Shown here: positions 9,423 through 18,758 of the stretch, in pieces
Position numbering within the stretch: the first letter of the stretch is position 1
How the letters are laid out: every line of letters begins with the position of its first letter
Program-made: the position numbers and the translations under genes
NCBI GenBank assembly: GCA_007130125.1
Contig: SLSZ01000135.1
Span: 1 to 44,798, forward strand
Direction of reading: 5' to 3'
Origin: Bacteroidales bacterium
GTDB lineage: Bacteria > Bacteroidota > Bacteroidia > Bacteroidales > UBA7960
Length of the DNA: 44,798 bases
The notes under the pieces: generated by a model
Told to the model about the DNA's origin: nothing
The model's input: only the letters and a program-made list of their open reading frames with translations
Database searches by the model: none

Positions 9423-11000
9423 ATGGCAATACAAGAAAAAATAAAAGATAAAAGCACAGAGCATAAAGTAATTCTTCGTAATCTGACCAAAGAGGATTAT
9501 GATACGCTGATAAAATCAATGGATGAGGCTTATGGGGCAATTGATGCTGAAGTTTGGCAAAAGCGGGAGATAAACAGGCTTTTAAAGTTGTTTCCCGAAG
9601 GACAGATATGTATAGAGATAGATAATCAAGTGATAGCCGTTGCTTTATCAATTATTGTTAATTACAAAAAATTTGGTGATAATCATACTTATGCTAAGAT
9701 CACCGGAAATGAGACATTTAATACTCATGATCCTGATGGCGATGTTTTATATGGGATTGATGTTTTTGTTCATCCCGAATACCAGGGTATGCGTTTGGGT
9801 CGTCGACTGTATGATGCCCGCAAGGAATTATGCGAAAATCTTAATCTTAAAAGTATTGTTGCCGGCGGAAGAATACCTGGATATAAGGATTATGCTGATT
9901 CCCTGACGCCAAAACAGTATATCGAGAAAGTAAAAATGAAAGAGATACTTGACCCTATTCTTTCATTCCAGCTTTCCAATGACTTCCACGTTAAGAAGAT
10001 TTTAAGGAACTATCTGCCTTACGATAATGAGTCGAAGACTTATGCTACATTATTGGAGTGGAATAATATATATTATGAAGAAAAAGAAGAGCTTATCGGT
10101 GGGAGGCAGGCCGTGGTGAGGATTGGATTGGCACAATGGCAGATGCGCAGTGTTTCTTCTTTCGAGGCGCTGCTTGAGCAAGTGGAGTTTTTTGTTGACT
10201 CTGTCAGCTCATACCAGTCCGACTTTTTGTTATTGCCTGAGTATTTTAATGCACCTCTGATGGCTGAATTTAATCACCTATCAGAAGCCGAAGCATTGCG
10301 GGGATTAGCCGAATACACCGAACCATTGAGAGAAAAGTTCGTAGAGTTTGCTATTTCATACAACATAAATATAATACTTGGCAGTTTGCCAATTTGTGAA
10401 GAAGATAAGCTGTATAATGTTTCTTATTTATGCAGGCGTGATGGCACATGGGATAATCAATATAAAATTCATCCTACACCTGATGAGGTTTCCAGCTTTG
10501 GTATGCGTGGAGGGAACGCTTTAAAGGTTTTTGAAACCGATGCCGGAAAAATAGGAATACTTATCTGCTATGATGTTGAATTTCCGGAACTTTCCAGAAT
10601 ATTAGCCGATAATGGCATGGATATACTTTTTGTGCCGTTCCTTACAGATACCCAAAATGGGTTCAACAGGGTGAGAATTTGTTCTCAAGCCAGGGCAATA
10701 GAAAATGAATGTTATGTGGTAATAGCCGGATCGGTTGGAAACCTGCCCAGGGTTAAAAATATGCGTATTCAGTTTGCACAGTCAGCAGTTTTTTCACCTT
10801 CAGATTTTGCTTTTCCTAATAATGCAATTGTTGCTGAAACCACACCAAACACTGAAATGACACTGCTGGCTGATGTTGACCTTGACTTACTTAAAGAATT
10901 GCATAATATGGGAAGTGTAAGAAACCTTAAAGACCGACGCACTGACCTGTATTCACTTAAATGGAAAAAGAGCCAGGCATTGGCAAAAAACAATAAATAA
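9423..11000 (+). CDS. Bifunctional GNAT acetyltransferase / carbon-nitrogen hydrolase
   Basis: GNAT motif A VHPEYQGMRLGRRL; nitrilase triad LLPEY, YKIHPT, ICYDVEFPE. ATG 9423 is preferred because TTG 9390 lies inside the -7 element. Confidence 0.9.
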   Translation: MAIQEKIKDKSTEHKVILRNLTKEDYDTLIKSMDEAYGAIDAEVWQKREINRLLKLFPEGQICIEIDNQVIAVALSIIVNYKKFGDNHTYAKITGNETFNTHDPDGDVLYGIDVFVHPEYQGMRLGRRLYDARKELCENLNLKSIVAGGRIPGYKDYADSLTPKQYIEKVKMKEILDPILSFQLSNDFHVKKILRNYLPYDNESKTYATLLEWNNIYYEEKEELIGGRQAVVRIGLAQWQMRSVSSFEALLEQVEFFVDSVSSYQSDFLLLPEYFNAPLMAEFNHLSEAEALRGLAEYTEPLREKFVEFAISYNINIILGSLPICEEDKLYNVSYLCRRDGTWDNQYKIHPTPDEVSSFGMRGGNALKVFETDAGKIGILICYDVEFPELSRILADNGMDILFVPFLTDTQNGFNRVRICSQARAIENECYVVIAGSVGNLPRVKNMRIQFAQSAVFSPSDFAFPNNAIVAETTPNTEMTLLADVDLDLLKELHNMGSVRNLKDRRTDLYSLKWKKSQALAKNNK

Positions 11001-11016
11001 TTTTTAAGTTTTCTGT

Positions 11017-11859
11017 ATGCAAAATATAAAATTCCCGGCAATAGTCATGCTGCTTTCTCTCATTTGTTTGAATACATTGTCTGCCTTTGAACCCAACCAG
11101 AAGGACCTGTTGGATAATGAAAAGGTTAAAATTCGTAATATATACTATAAAGTTGACCAGGGTGTTTCAGCAGGCAGATTGCTGGATCAGAAAATGTCAA
11201 ACCTTCATTATACCGGATTCGGTGGTGTATTGAATTTTGGTAGAAGGGCAGTGACACCAAACTACATCGCCGAGTGGAACTTTCTAAGAGTAAATTTTAA
11301 TTATTTGAACCCGGGGCATGGTGCAACAGATGTTTATCAACCTACAGTGGGGTTAAGGTATTTGCACTTACGCAATTTGAACGAACTGGGAGTATTTCAG
11401 GTTCATGCCGGGTTGCAGGCCAACTTATTTGCAGATGTTCGTATTGCATCCAGGCTGGGAAATTCATTTTTGTATGCTGATATTATAAGCGAAGTAAGGC
11501 CCCAGGCTAAGTTTTCCACAAGCTTTCATCTGCTGCGACAGTGGAATTTTGATTTTTCTATTGCTGTTTCATTGATAGGTGTTGGCTATAGATTCCCTGA
11601 ATATGGTACCAGCTTTATGTTGTCTGAAGATGGCGGAGCTGCTTTTAGTTTTAGTGAAGTGCATATTCTGAAACCCTCAAATTTTGGCCATTTTACCACA
11701 GGCATATTTTTGAGTGAATCTTTTGGAGATGTACTAAATCCAAACCGGTTCAGAATAGGTTATGTATGGGATTACTACTCAATGAAAGGGAATCATGAAT
11801 TAAATGTTAATAATGCTGTACATCAACTGGTTTTGGAATTTTACTTTAAAGTAAACTGA
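11017..11859 (+). CDS. Outer-membrane beta-barrel hypothetical protein (DUF3316-like)
   Basis: Signal peptide; LLDQKMSNLHYTG; amphipathic strands; adjacent to an S41 peptidase. Confidence 0.6.
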   Translation: MQNIKFPAIVMLLSLICLNTLSAFEPNQKDLLDNEKVKIRNIYYKVDQGVSAGRLLDQKMSNLHYTGFGGVLNFGRRAVTPNYIAEWNFLRVNFNYLNPGHGATDVYQPTVGLRYLHLRNLNELGVFQVHAGLQANLFADVRIASRLGNSFLYADIISEVRPQAKFSTSFHLLRQWNFDFSIAVSLIGVGYRFPEYGTSFMLSEDGGAAFSFSEVHILKPSNFGHFTTGIFLSESFGDVLNPNRFRIGYVWDYYSMKGNHELNVNNAVHQLVLEFYFKVN

Positions 11860-11902
11860 TTATATGAAATGACAAAACATTAAAAAAATTAAAGTCTGTC
11901 AT

Positions 11903-12937
11903 ATGCCAACAGGAAACTATTTTAGGATTAAAACAAAAAACATTATTGCAATTATAGTCATATTGATTTTTGTTTGTTCATGTGAAAAAATATTCATGGA
12001 GCCTGATGCAAAATCCGATCCGGAAAGTATATTCGAAGAGATATGGACCTTTGCTGACCGTCATTATTCGTTTTTTGAATATAAGGATGTTGACTGGGAT
12101 GAAGTTTATCTAAGATACAGGCCTGAAGTTCACCAAGATATGGGTGATATTGAATTGTTTGATCTTTGTGCAGACATGCTATATGAACTTAAAGATGGCC
12201 ATGTTAACCTTTTGAGCTCATTCGACCGTTCAAGGAACTGGGAGTGGTATTTAAACAGCCCGGAGAACTTTTATTATTCAATAATAGAAAGGCATTATTT
12301 TGATGGCAGACAAAGATATATCGGTCCATTGCAGTATTTAAACATGGGTGACATTGTTTATGTTTACTATGGAAGTTTTGCAAATACAATCAGCAAAAGT
12401 GATTTGGATATTTTAATTTCCAATCTTAAAGGTAAAAAGGGATTAATATTTGATGTCAGGAATAACGGTGGTGGTGATCCTGAAAATGCCAGAAAACTGG
12501 CAGGTCGTTTTACCAACTCCACCAGTTATGCCGGTGATAACTGGATAAAAACCGGCCCGGGTCATGATGATTTTCGTACGCAGAGGGTGAATATTGAACC
12601 CTACGATGGCGAGCGATATACAGGTAAAGTTGTATTGCTTACAAATCGCAAGAGTTATAGTGCAACAACTTATTTTGCTCAATATATGAGGGCTTTAAAC
12701 AATGTCACACTGGTAGGTGATACTACGGGTGGCGGCGGCGGGTTGCCTGCATTCAGGGATTTGCCCAACGGCTGGCTTCTCAGGGTTTCCAGCTCACGCT
12801 TCTATGCTCATGACGGGTTAAATATTGAAAGTGGAATACCGCCCGATATTCAAATTGATATTAATGAAGAAGAAGCATTCGCTCACGGTGTTGATTCTAT
12901 TATCGAAAAAGCTATTGAGGTTATTATGGAGGAATAG
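11903..12937 (+). CDS. S41 family peptidase (lipoprotein, tricorn C1 domain)
   Basis: Lipobox VCSC; LKDGHVNL; FDVRNNGGG; SYSATT; GDTTGGGGG; GIPPDI. Confidence 0.9.
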   Translation: MPTGNYFRIKTKNIIAIIVILIFVCSCEKIFMEPDAKSDPESIFEEIWTFADRHYSFFEYKDVDWDEVYLRYRPEVHQDMGDIELFDLCADMLYELKDGHVNLLSSFDRSRNWEWYLNSPENFYYSIIERHYFDGRQRYIGPLQYLNMGDIVYVYYGSFANTISKSDLDILISNLKGKKGLIFDVRNNGGGDPENARKLAGRFTNSTSYAGDNWIKTGPGHDDFRTQRVNIEPYDGERYTGKVVLLTNRKSYSATTYFAQYMRALNNVTLVGDTTGGGGGLPAFRDLPNGWLLRVSSSRFYAHDGLNIESGIPPDIQIDINEEEAFAHGVDSIIEKAIEVIMEE

Positions 12938-12956
12938 CCTTTATTAAATTTAAATA

Positions 12957-12995
12957 AAAAAGAGGGCAGTAGTATTTATATTGCCCTCTTTTTTT
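12957..12995. terminator. Bidirectional intrinsic terminator
   Basis: AAAAAGAGGGCA...TGCCCTCTTTTTTT hairpin with A/T tails between convergent genes. Confidence 0.85.
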
Positions 12996-13023
12996 AATAA
13001 ACCTGTTCTAGAATAGTGTTAAT

Positions 13024-14724
13024 TTATTCAGATTCAACATCCATTGTTTCTTCTTCTCTTCTTGCATCGTCAACACTATCCAACACATAAGTGTCTTCAG
13101 AAAGTTCATCAGCTTTCTCTTCCTGTTCAATGACTTGCTGTGTTGCAGGTTTGTCATTGCCTTCCTCATAATATATAGGGCCTTCAATACCTAATGGTAT
13201 TCCAAGCCATACCCACAATATAAACTTAGGTATCCTTGCTATCATAAAGGCTATGGCATACGGTATCATCATTGAGATGAGCGTACCAATACCTGCTGTC
13301 TTGTCATACTTTTGAACAAACACTATTACCAGTGGGAAGTATGGCAACAGGGGTGTGAGAATGTTTGAATAAGAGTCACCTATACGGTATGCAGCCTGTG
13401 TTAGCTCAGGTGAATAACCCATAAGCATTAGCATCGGCACAAAAATAGGCGCGAGTAATGCCCACTTTGCTGAAGCACTTCCCATAATTAGGTTAACAAA
13501 TGAAGAGACAATAATGAATGCTATCAGCAAGGGTATTCCCGTAAAGCCAATTGCCGTGAGGCCTTCAGAGCCTTTCACGGCAAGTATACTTCCCAGGTTG
13601 GACCAGTTGAAATAAGCTACAAATTGCGCTGCAACAAATGCTATTACAATATATAAACCCATTGTTGACATCGACTTTGCAGTCATCTCAGATACATCTT
13701 TATCACTTTTGATAGTTTTAGCAATAAGGCCGTAAACCAAACCTGCTATAAAGAATATTATAAGCATTATTGGTACAATAGAGTCGTAAAACGGCCTGAA
13801 ACTATTTTTGCCTAAGTTTTCATCAAAAGCCCCACGTAATAGTCCATCAGAAGGAACTACGGCAATAGCAACGAGAATAAGGACAAATACTATTGATGCA
13901 ACTGACCATTTCAGAGCTTTACGCTCCAATGGAGTAATTTCATTTGATGCTTCATCTGCAAGTGATTTTCCTTCCGGCCTGTAATCACCAAGTCGTGGCA
14001 CAACGATTTTTTCAGTAACCCATGTTCCGGCAATACCAACCAGCGGCACGGCAGCGGCCATTACAAAATAGTTTGAAAGCGGGTTAACCGTGTAATCGGG
14101 GTTAATAATGTTTGATGCAGGTTCAGTAAAAGCAGCCAGCATAGGATCTAAGCCTGTAGGCAGCACATTGGCACCAAAGCCTCCCGAAACACCCGCAAAC
14201 GCAGCAGCAATTCCGGCAACAGGGTGCCTCCCCATACCCAAAAACAGAGTTGCTCCTATTGGAATCAGTATAACATAGCCGGCATCTACAGCTACAGAGC
14301 TAAGCATACCGCCAACAACTATTGAAAAAGTAACCAACTGTTTTGGTACTTTAGATATAAAGAGCTTAAGTGCAACGTTTATCATTCCGGTATGTTCTGC
14401 AACTCCAATACCAAGCATTACAACCAGCACCAGCCCAAGGGGCGGGAATGTTGCAAAAACCTCTACCATCTCAGTGAAAACCCGCTGAAGGCCATCTTTG
14501 GTGAGCAGGTTCTCAACTACAATATATTCTGCAGAAACACCTGTGTCGCCACCTGTGCCGGGCCTTAACACACTTACTCCGCTGAATATCCATGATAACA
14601 ATAACACAACTCCCATCAAAATAGCAAACAAAGTTACAGGCTGCGGTAACTTATTGCCGATAACCTCTATCTTGTCCAGTATTTTCTTAAAAGTACCATT
14701 ACTTTTTGTTTTATCGTTCGTCAT
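13024..14724 (-). CDS. abgT: AbgT family transporter
   Basis: IEVIGNKLPQPVTLF, FPPLGLVLVVMLGIGVAE, GRHPVAG, GSASAKW, AYRIGDS; extra acidic C-terminal tail. Confidence 0.9.
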   Translation of the reverse strand: MTNDKTKSNGTFKKILDKIEVIGNKLPQPVTLFAILMGVVLLLSWIFSGVSVLRPGTGGDTGVSAEYIVVENLLTKDGLQRVFTEMVEVFATFPPLGLVLVVMLGIGVAEHTGMINVALKLFISKVPKQLVTFSIVVGGMLSSVAVDAGYVILIPIGATLFLGMGRHPVAGIAAAFAGVSGGFGANVLPTGLDPMLAAFTEPASNIINPDYTVNPLSNYFVMAAAVPLVGIAGTWVTEKIVVPRLGDYRPEGKSLADEASNEITPLERKALKWSVASIVFVLILVAIAVVPSDGLLRGAFDENLGKNSFRPFYDSIVPIMLIIFFIAGLVYGLIAKTIKSDKDVSEMTAKSMSTMGLYIVIAFVAAQFVAYFNWSNLGSILAVKGSEGLTAIGFTGIPLLIAFIIVSSFVNLIMGSASAKWALLAPIFVPMLMLMGYSPELTQAAYRIGDSYSNILTPLLPYFPLVIVFVQKYDKTAGIGTLISMMIPYAIAFMIARIPKFILWVWLGIPLGIEGPIYYEEGNDKPATQQVIEQEEKADELSEDTYVLDSVDDARREEETMDVESE

Positions 14725-15082
14725 AAGAATACTATTTTACAGTTATTTATTTTTATTAAACTTGAAAATTCATTTTTATGAAAAAGATCATAAAGCCCAA
14801 AATAAATGGCTTTTTAAATAATATTGGAAATCTTGGTTATTTTTATAAAAACCTAATAAAAAGTCAAAGGGTTTTAAAATAATTCGCCAAAAATAAGTTT
14901 AATAACCTATACTGCAAAAAAAAATTATCACAATTACAGAATTTAACATAGATAAAGTGTTCGCCGGCATGTTGTTTTCCTTTATTGTAAGCTTTTTCAA
15001 GGAGGTTAAAGCCAAATAAATATTTTTGAAATAAAAGGGTGCAATATTGATTTTGTGGTTGATGTGAGGATAAAATTTCCCG

Positions 15083-17155
15083 TCATCTTATAATATGGAC
15101 TACACCATGCATGCTACGTTCAACACCCAAACGTTCGTAAGTGAGCACATAATAATATACTCCATCCGGGGCACCGTTACCATCCCACCAGTTATCGTAA
15201 TAATCGGAATGTTCGAACACCTTTTTTCCCCACCTGTTGTAGATGATTATATGTGCCCTGTCGTAGTGTTCAAGGTTGATAATTTCAAAGTAGTCATTTA
15301 TTCCATCAAAGTTTGGAGTAAAAACATTTGGTATTTCGAGTTCGCAGTTCTGCTCTGTAATTTCTTTTTCTATATATGCTGTACACCCAATAATTGTATC
15401 AGTGATTGCAACAGTATACATTCCTGTTTCTTTTGCCATTATGGTATCATGTGTTCTGTTGGGTTGAATGATGTCGTTTATCTCCCATTGGTAAATCCAG
15501 TTGTAATCGTCGTCATTTACCGGATGAACGGTAAGCAGGGTAGAATCACCTTCGCAAAACGGCAACTCCAGCTCTGATATAATTTCTGCGTTTGGAATTG
15601 GCAAAATATTCACAGTTACTATGGTATCATAGGTGCAATTAAAATTGTCAGTCACTTCAAATTTAAATTCATATTCACCCTCTTCATCTTTTGAAGCCAG
15701 GGCAGGGTTTCCTTCCAAAGGATTTCCGTTATCGTACCATGTTTGACTAACTATTTCGGGTGTAAAAATAAGCGAATCGGGGTATATATCATTATTGAAC
15801 AACAGGCTCCAACCCGACATGTAGCCATTTTCCCCGGGGGTGTTGTCGGTAACGGTAAGTGTCCAGGCGCCATTTAGCGGGCATCCGCCAAGGTTATCCG
15901 GTGATTCATAAAAAGTATATGAGCCTTCAGGAAGATAGGTGGCCGGATAAAAGTTTCCAAATTGGTCATAATATTCATGGCTTTCCGGTGTTGTTTCACT
16001 CATTAGTCCGTATTCTGCTATTTCGGAAAGTGTGAAACAATACTCATACCCAACCCCGGGAGCATCAATATGGTCAACTGCTACCGGTTCTCCAAGGTTT
16101 GCAGGAGAATCTTCTTCGCTATCATAATCTTTTATAATTACATCGGATCCATCGGGACATTGCAGTTCAAATCTTAATTGCCTGTAATCTACGTGGTCAA
16201 TAATGAGGCAAATACGGCCAAAATCATCCCCACTTTCCAGGATAGCATCATCTTCAAATACATCAAAATTCAGACTTGATGTATAGGATTCGGTTGTGCC
16301 ATCAGGTATAGGCACAGTATCATGTACGGAGGTAGGAAAGCCTGTCCATGTAGTAGTATTTACAACACCTCCGAGAGTAAAAATTTCTTCGGCGCACACT
16401 GTGTCCAGACCCGGCTTAGTGCCTGCAAAATTTGGGATTGTGCCCACTTGTACGGTCTCATATACTTCTTTCTCACAATCATTAACCGGATCATATACGT
16501 TGATCCTGAATGGGTTTGCACCGGGATCATCAAATATATAATCAAGCGTTGGTCCTGTATGTGTCTGGCCATCATAAAACCACTCATATTGCAGTTGCGC
16601 AGGGTCGAAGTCAATATTATCAGACATATAATATCCTTCGGCAATGAGTGTAGTTGCTCCTGTACCGGGGCAAAGCTTCATTGTTTCAAAGTTGGTTGTT
16701 ACGTCAACTGTGAATAACTCACAAAGTGAATAGCATGCAATTTCAGCCCACCATCCATATCCGTGGTCAGAGGGAGAAGAAGTAAAACGAAAGTGAAGTG
16801 TGTCAGATGAAGGCCAAAGAACTTCACCGGTCAACTCATTTTCTGTGGCTTCAAATAAAAGGGGGGCATCATTGTTCTCACCATCATAAACATATAGATA
16901 ATCACCCGGCCCAAGGTCAAAAAAATCAAATTTCATGGAAAAGTAAGGCTTGTTCTCATCAGAACTATAAAATGTAACCGAGAAATCTTCTTCCGAACCA
17001 TATTGCGTGATAGTATCGCCGCCACTGTCAACAAATGCACCTGAACAAGCAGGTATCATTTGACCGTCGTGTAGATCGATAGGGTATGTAATTTGAGAAT
17101 ATGCTCCTCCGCAACTCAACAATAAAAGCAAAAACAGGGTAATAGAGCGTGTCAT
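15083..17155 (-). CDS. T9SS type-B (gliding-motility-associated C-terminal domain) secreted protein with CUB-like, PKD-like and P-domain-like modules
   Basis: C-terminal IPNVFTPNFDGINDYF..IYNRWG..WDG...DGVYYY; DYLYVYDG (CUB-like); NGAWTLTVTD (P-domain-like); signal peptide. Confidence 0.88.
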   Translation of the reverse strand: MTRSITLFLLLLLSCGGAYSQITYPIDLHDGQMIPACSGAFVDSGGDTITQYGSEEDFSVTFYSSDENKPYFSMKFDFFDLGPGDYLYVYDGENNDAPLLFEATENELTGEVLWPSSDTLHFRFTSSPSDHGYGWWAEIACYSLCELFTVDVTTNFETMKLCPGTGATTLIAEGYYMSDNIDFDPAQLQYEWFYDGQTHTGPTLDYIFDDPGANPFRINVYDPVNDCEKEVYETVQVGTIPNFAGTKPGLDTVCAEEIFTLGGVVNTTTWTGFPTSVHDTVPIPDGTTESYTSSLNFDVFEDDAILESGDDFGRICLIIDHVDYRQLRFELQCPDGSDVIIKDYDSEEDSPANLGEPVAVDHIDAPGVGYEYCFTLSEIAEYGLMSETTPESHEYYDQFGNFYPATYLPEGSYTFYESPDNLGGCPLNGAWTLTVTDNTPGENGYMSGWSLLFNNDIYPDSLIFTPEIVSQTWYDNGNPLEGNPALASKDEEGEYEFKFEVTDNFNCTYDTIVTVNILPIPNAEIISELELPFCEGDSTLLTVHPVNDDDYNWIYQWEINDIIQPNRTHDTIMAKETGMYTVAITDTIIGCTAYIEKEITEQNCELEIPNVFTPNFDGINDYFEIINLEHYDRAHIIIYNRWGKKVFEHSDYYDNWWDGNGAPDGVYYYVLTYERLGVERSMHGVVHIIR

Positions 17156-17297
17156 ACAGGTTTTAGTTCAAATTAATTAGTCATATAACTAAAAATACGT
17201 TAAAAGTTAAGGTTTATTTTGTCAAATAAGAAAAAAGCACAATAATAAAAGTTCAAAATATCAGCCTAAAATAGCTAATCACATAAATATAAACTTG

Positions 17298-17615
17298 TTA
17301 AAGTTTTAATGACTTCTTTAGATTTTCATTTATTAATAACATATCATTTTTATCCACAGATCCAAGTTTGCCTATTACAAGGTCTTTATCAATAGTAGCA
17401 AATTTGTTTAATCTTATTAGTGAAGTTTTTTTAAGTCCATTATTATTAGAAGGTTGAATAATAACATCATAGTCGGTTTGCCACTTTAGTTGAGTGGTTA
17501 TAAAAGAAACGGTTATATCATTTTCAGCACTGATTAAGATTAACGCCGGCCTGTTTCTATTGCCTAAAAGATCTGTAAATGGAAAGGGAATTAATACAAT
17601 GTCTCCTTTTTTCAT
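17298..17615 (-). CDS. PemK/MazF-family toxin (type II toxin-antitoxin system)
   Basis: MKKGDIVLIPFPFTD...RPALIL...ITT...GLKKTSLIRLNK. Confidence 0.88.
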   Translation of the reverse strand: MKKGDIVLIPFPFTDLLGNRNRPALILISAENDITVSFITTQLKWQTDYDVIIQPSNNNGLKKTSLIRLNKFATIDKDLVIGKLGSVDKNDMLLINENLKKSLKL

Positions 17616-17839
17616 CTATACCTTTCTTTAACATCATTTACAGTATATATATCTTCTTCCTCATTAAGGTAATCAAAGGTTTTTGACTCATAAGATAGCT
17701 TTTGCATACCTTCTTGAATAATTTTATCATCTATTTTACTTAAAAGAAATTCAGCAAAGTTGTTAACTTCTTCGATTTTTTTATCGGGCAATTGCATGAT
17801 TTTGCTAATCGTACTTTTTATTAAAACTTCTCTGTTCAT
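17612..17839 (-). CDS. Putative antitoxin (DUF2281-like)
   Basis: 75 aa; LPDKKIEEVNNFAEFL; acidic tail FDYLNEEEDIY; overlaps the toxin start by 4 bp. Confidence 0.75.
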   Translation of the reverse strand: MNREVLIKSTISKIMQLPDKKIEEVNNFAEFLLSKIDDKIIQEGMQKLSYESKTFDYLNEEEDIYTVNDVKERYR

Positions 17840-17874
17840 AATTATCTTTTTATCAAAAATACAAAAATAACATA

Positions 17875-18450
17875 TTACTTCAAACTCCGTCCAATCTGAT
17901 ATGCATCACCTACCTTTTTGCCTATTTTCCGGTACTCCCTGGCTCCGCCTATGTATATCAAGGGATTCATAGCTTCAATATCGAAAGAGCCATACTTGCC
18001 GGAGTCCTTTAATTTGTCGGTATCCATGTATACTTCTAATATTTCCCCTATAAAATGGTTTGTAGTACCTACTATTGAAGAATCAACAAGTTTACATTCA
18101 AAGTTCAGAGGGCACTCTTTGATAATAGGAGAGGGGATGTACTTTGATTCTATTTTGGTAAATCCGGTTTTTTCGAATTTATCAACTTCTTTTCCTGATG
18201 TTATGCCACAAAAATCGGCTTCAACCATTTTGTCGACACTGGCAATATTAACTGTGAAATTTTTGTTTTTTAATATCTCATTTCCCGAATACCCTTTGGT
18301 TCCAATAGAAACACCAAGTGTTGGCGGCGAACTGGTAAGCAAAGTTACCCAGGCAATGGTTACAATGTTTGCCTTTTCCATAGTTCCTGTCACTACCAGG
18401 CTGGTGGGCATGGGGAATAATATTTTTTGTGGTCCGAATGAGGTTTTCAT
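17875..18450 (-). CDS. Flavin reductase family protein (flavoredoxin-like)
   Basis: LFPMPTSLV, NIVTIAW, CGITSG..DKF, PIIKECPLNFECK, HFIGEI. Confidence 0.88.
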   Translation of the reverse strand: MKTSFGPQKILFPMPTSLVVTGTMEKANIVTIAWVTLLTSSPPTLGVSIGTKGYSGNEILKNKNFTVNIASVDKMVEADFCGITSGKEVDKFEKTGFTKIESKYIPSPIIKECPLNFECKLVDSSIVGTTNHFIGEILEVYMDTDKLKDSGKYGSFDIEAMNPLIYIGGAREYRKIGKKVGDAYQIGRSLK

Positions 18451-18758
18451 AGTAAATGCTTTTTTTGGTTACACATAAGTTAACAAAGCGAAAGTTACAA
18501 AATATTTGACTTATTTGAAAAAGTCAGTTAGAAATATAATATAAAGGTGAAGGCGATTTTATTATTGTGCATATATCAGGCGTTTATTAACTTTACTACA
18601 ACACTTAACTACTCTTAAGTTTGAAAATGATATTACATAACAATACAAAAATAATTCAACAATTAAGCATATTTTTGCACTAAGGCTTAATTTTTGATAA
18701 ACAGATAATAAAAATTTTCCCGGGCATTAATTAAATTATAGTTGATATTCAATTTAAC

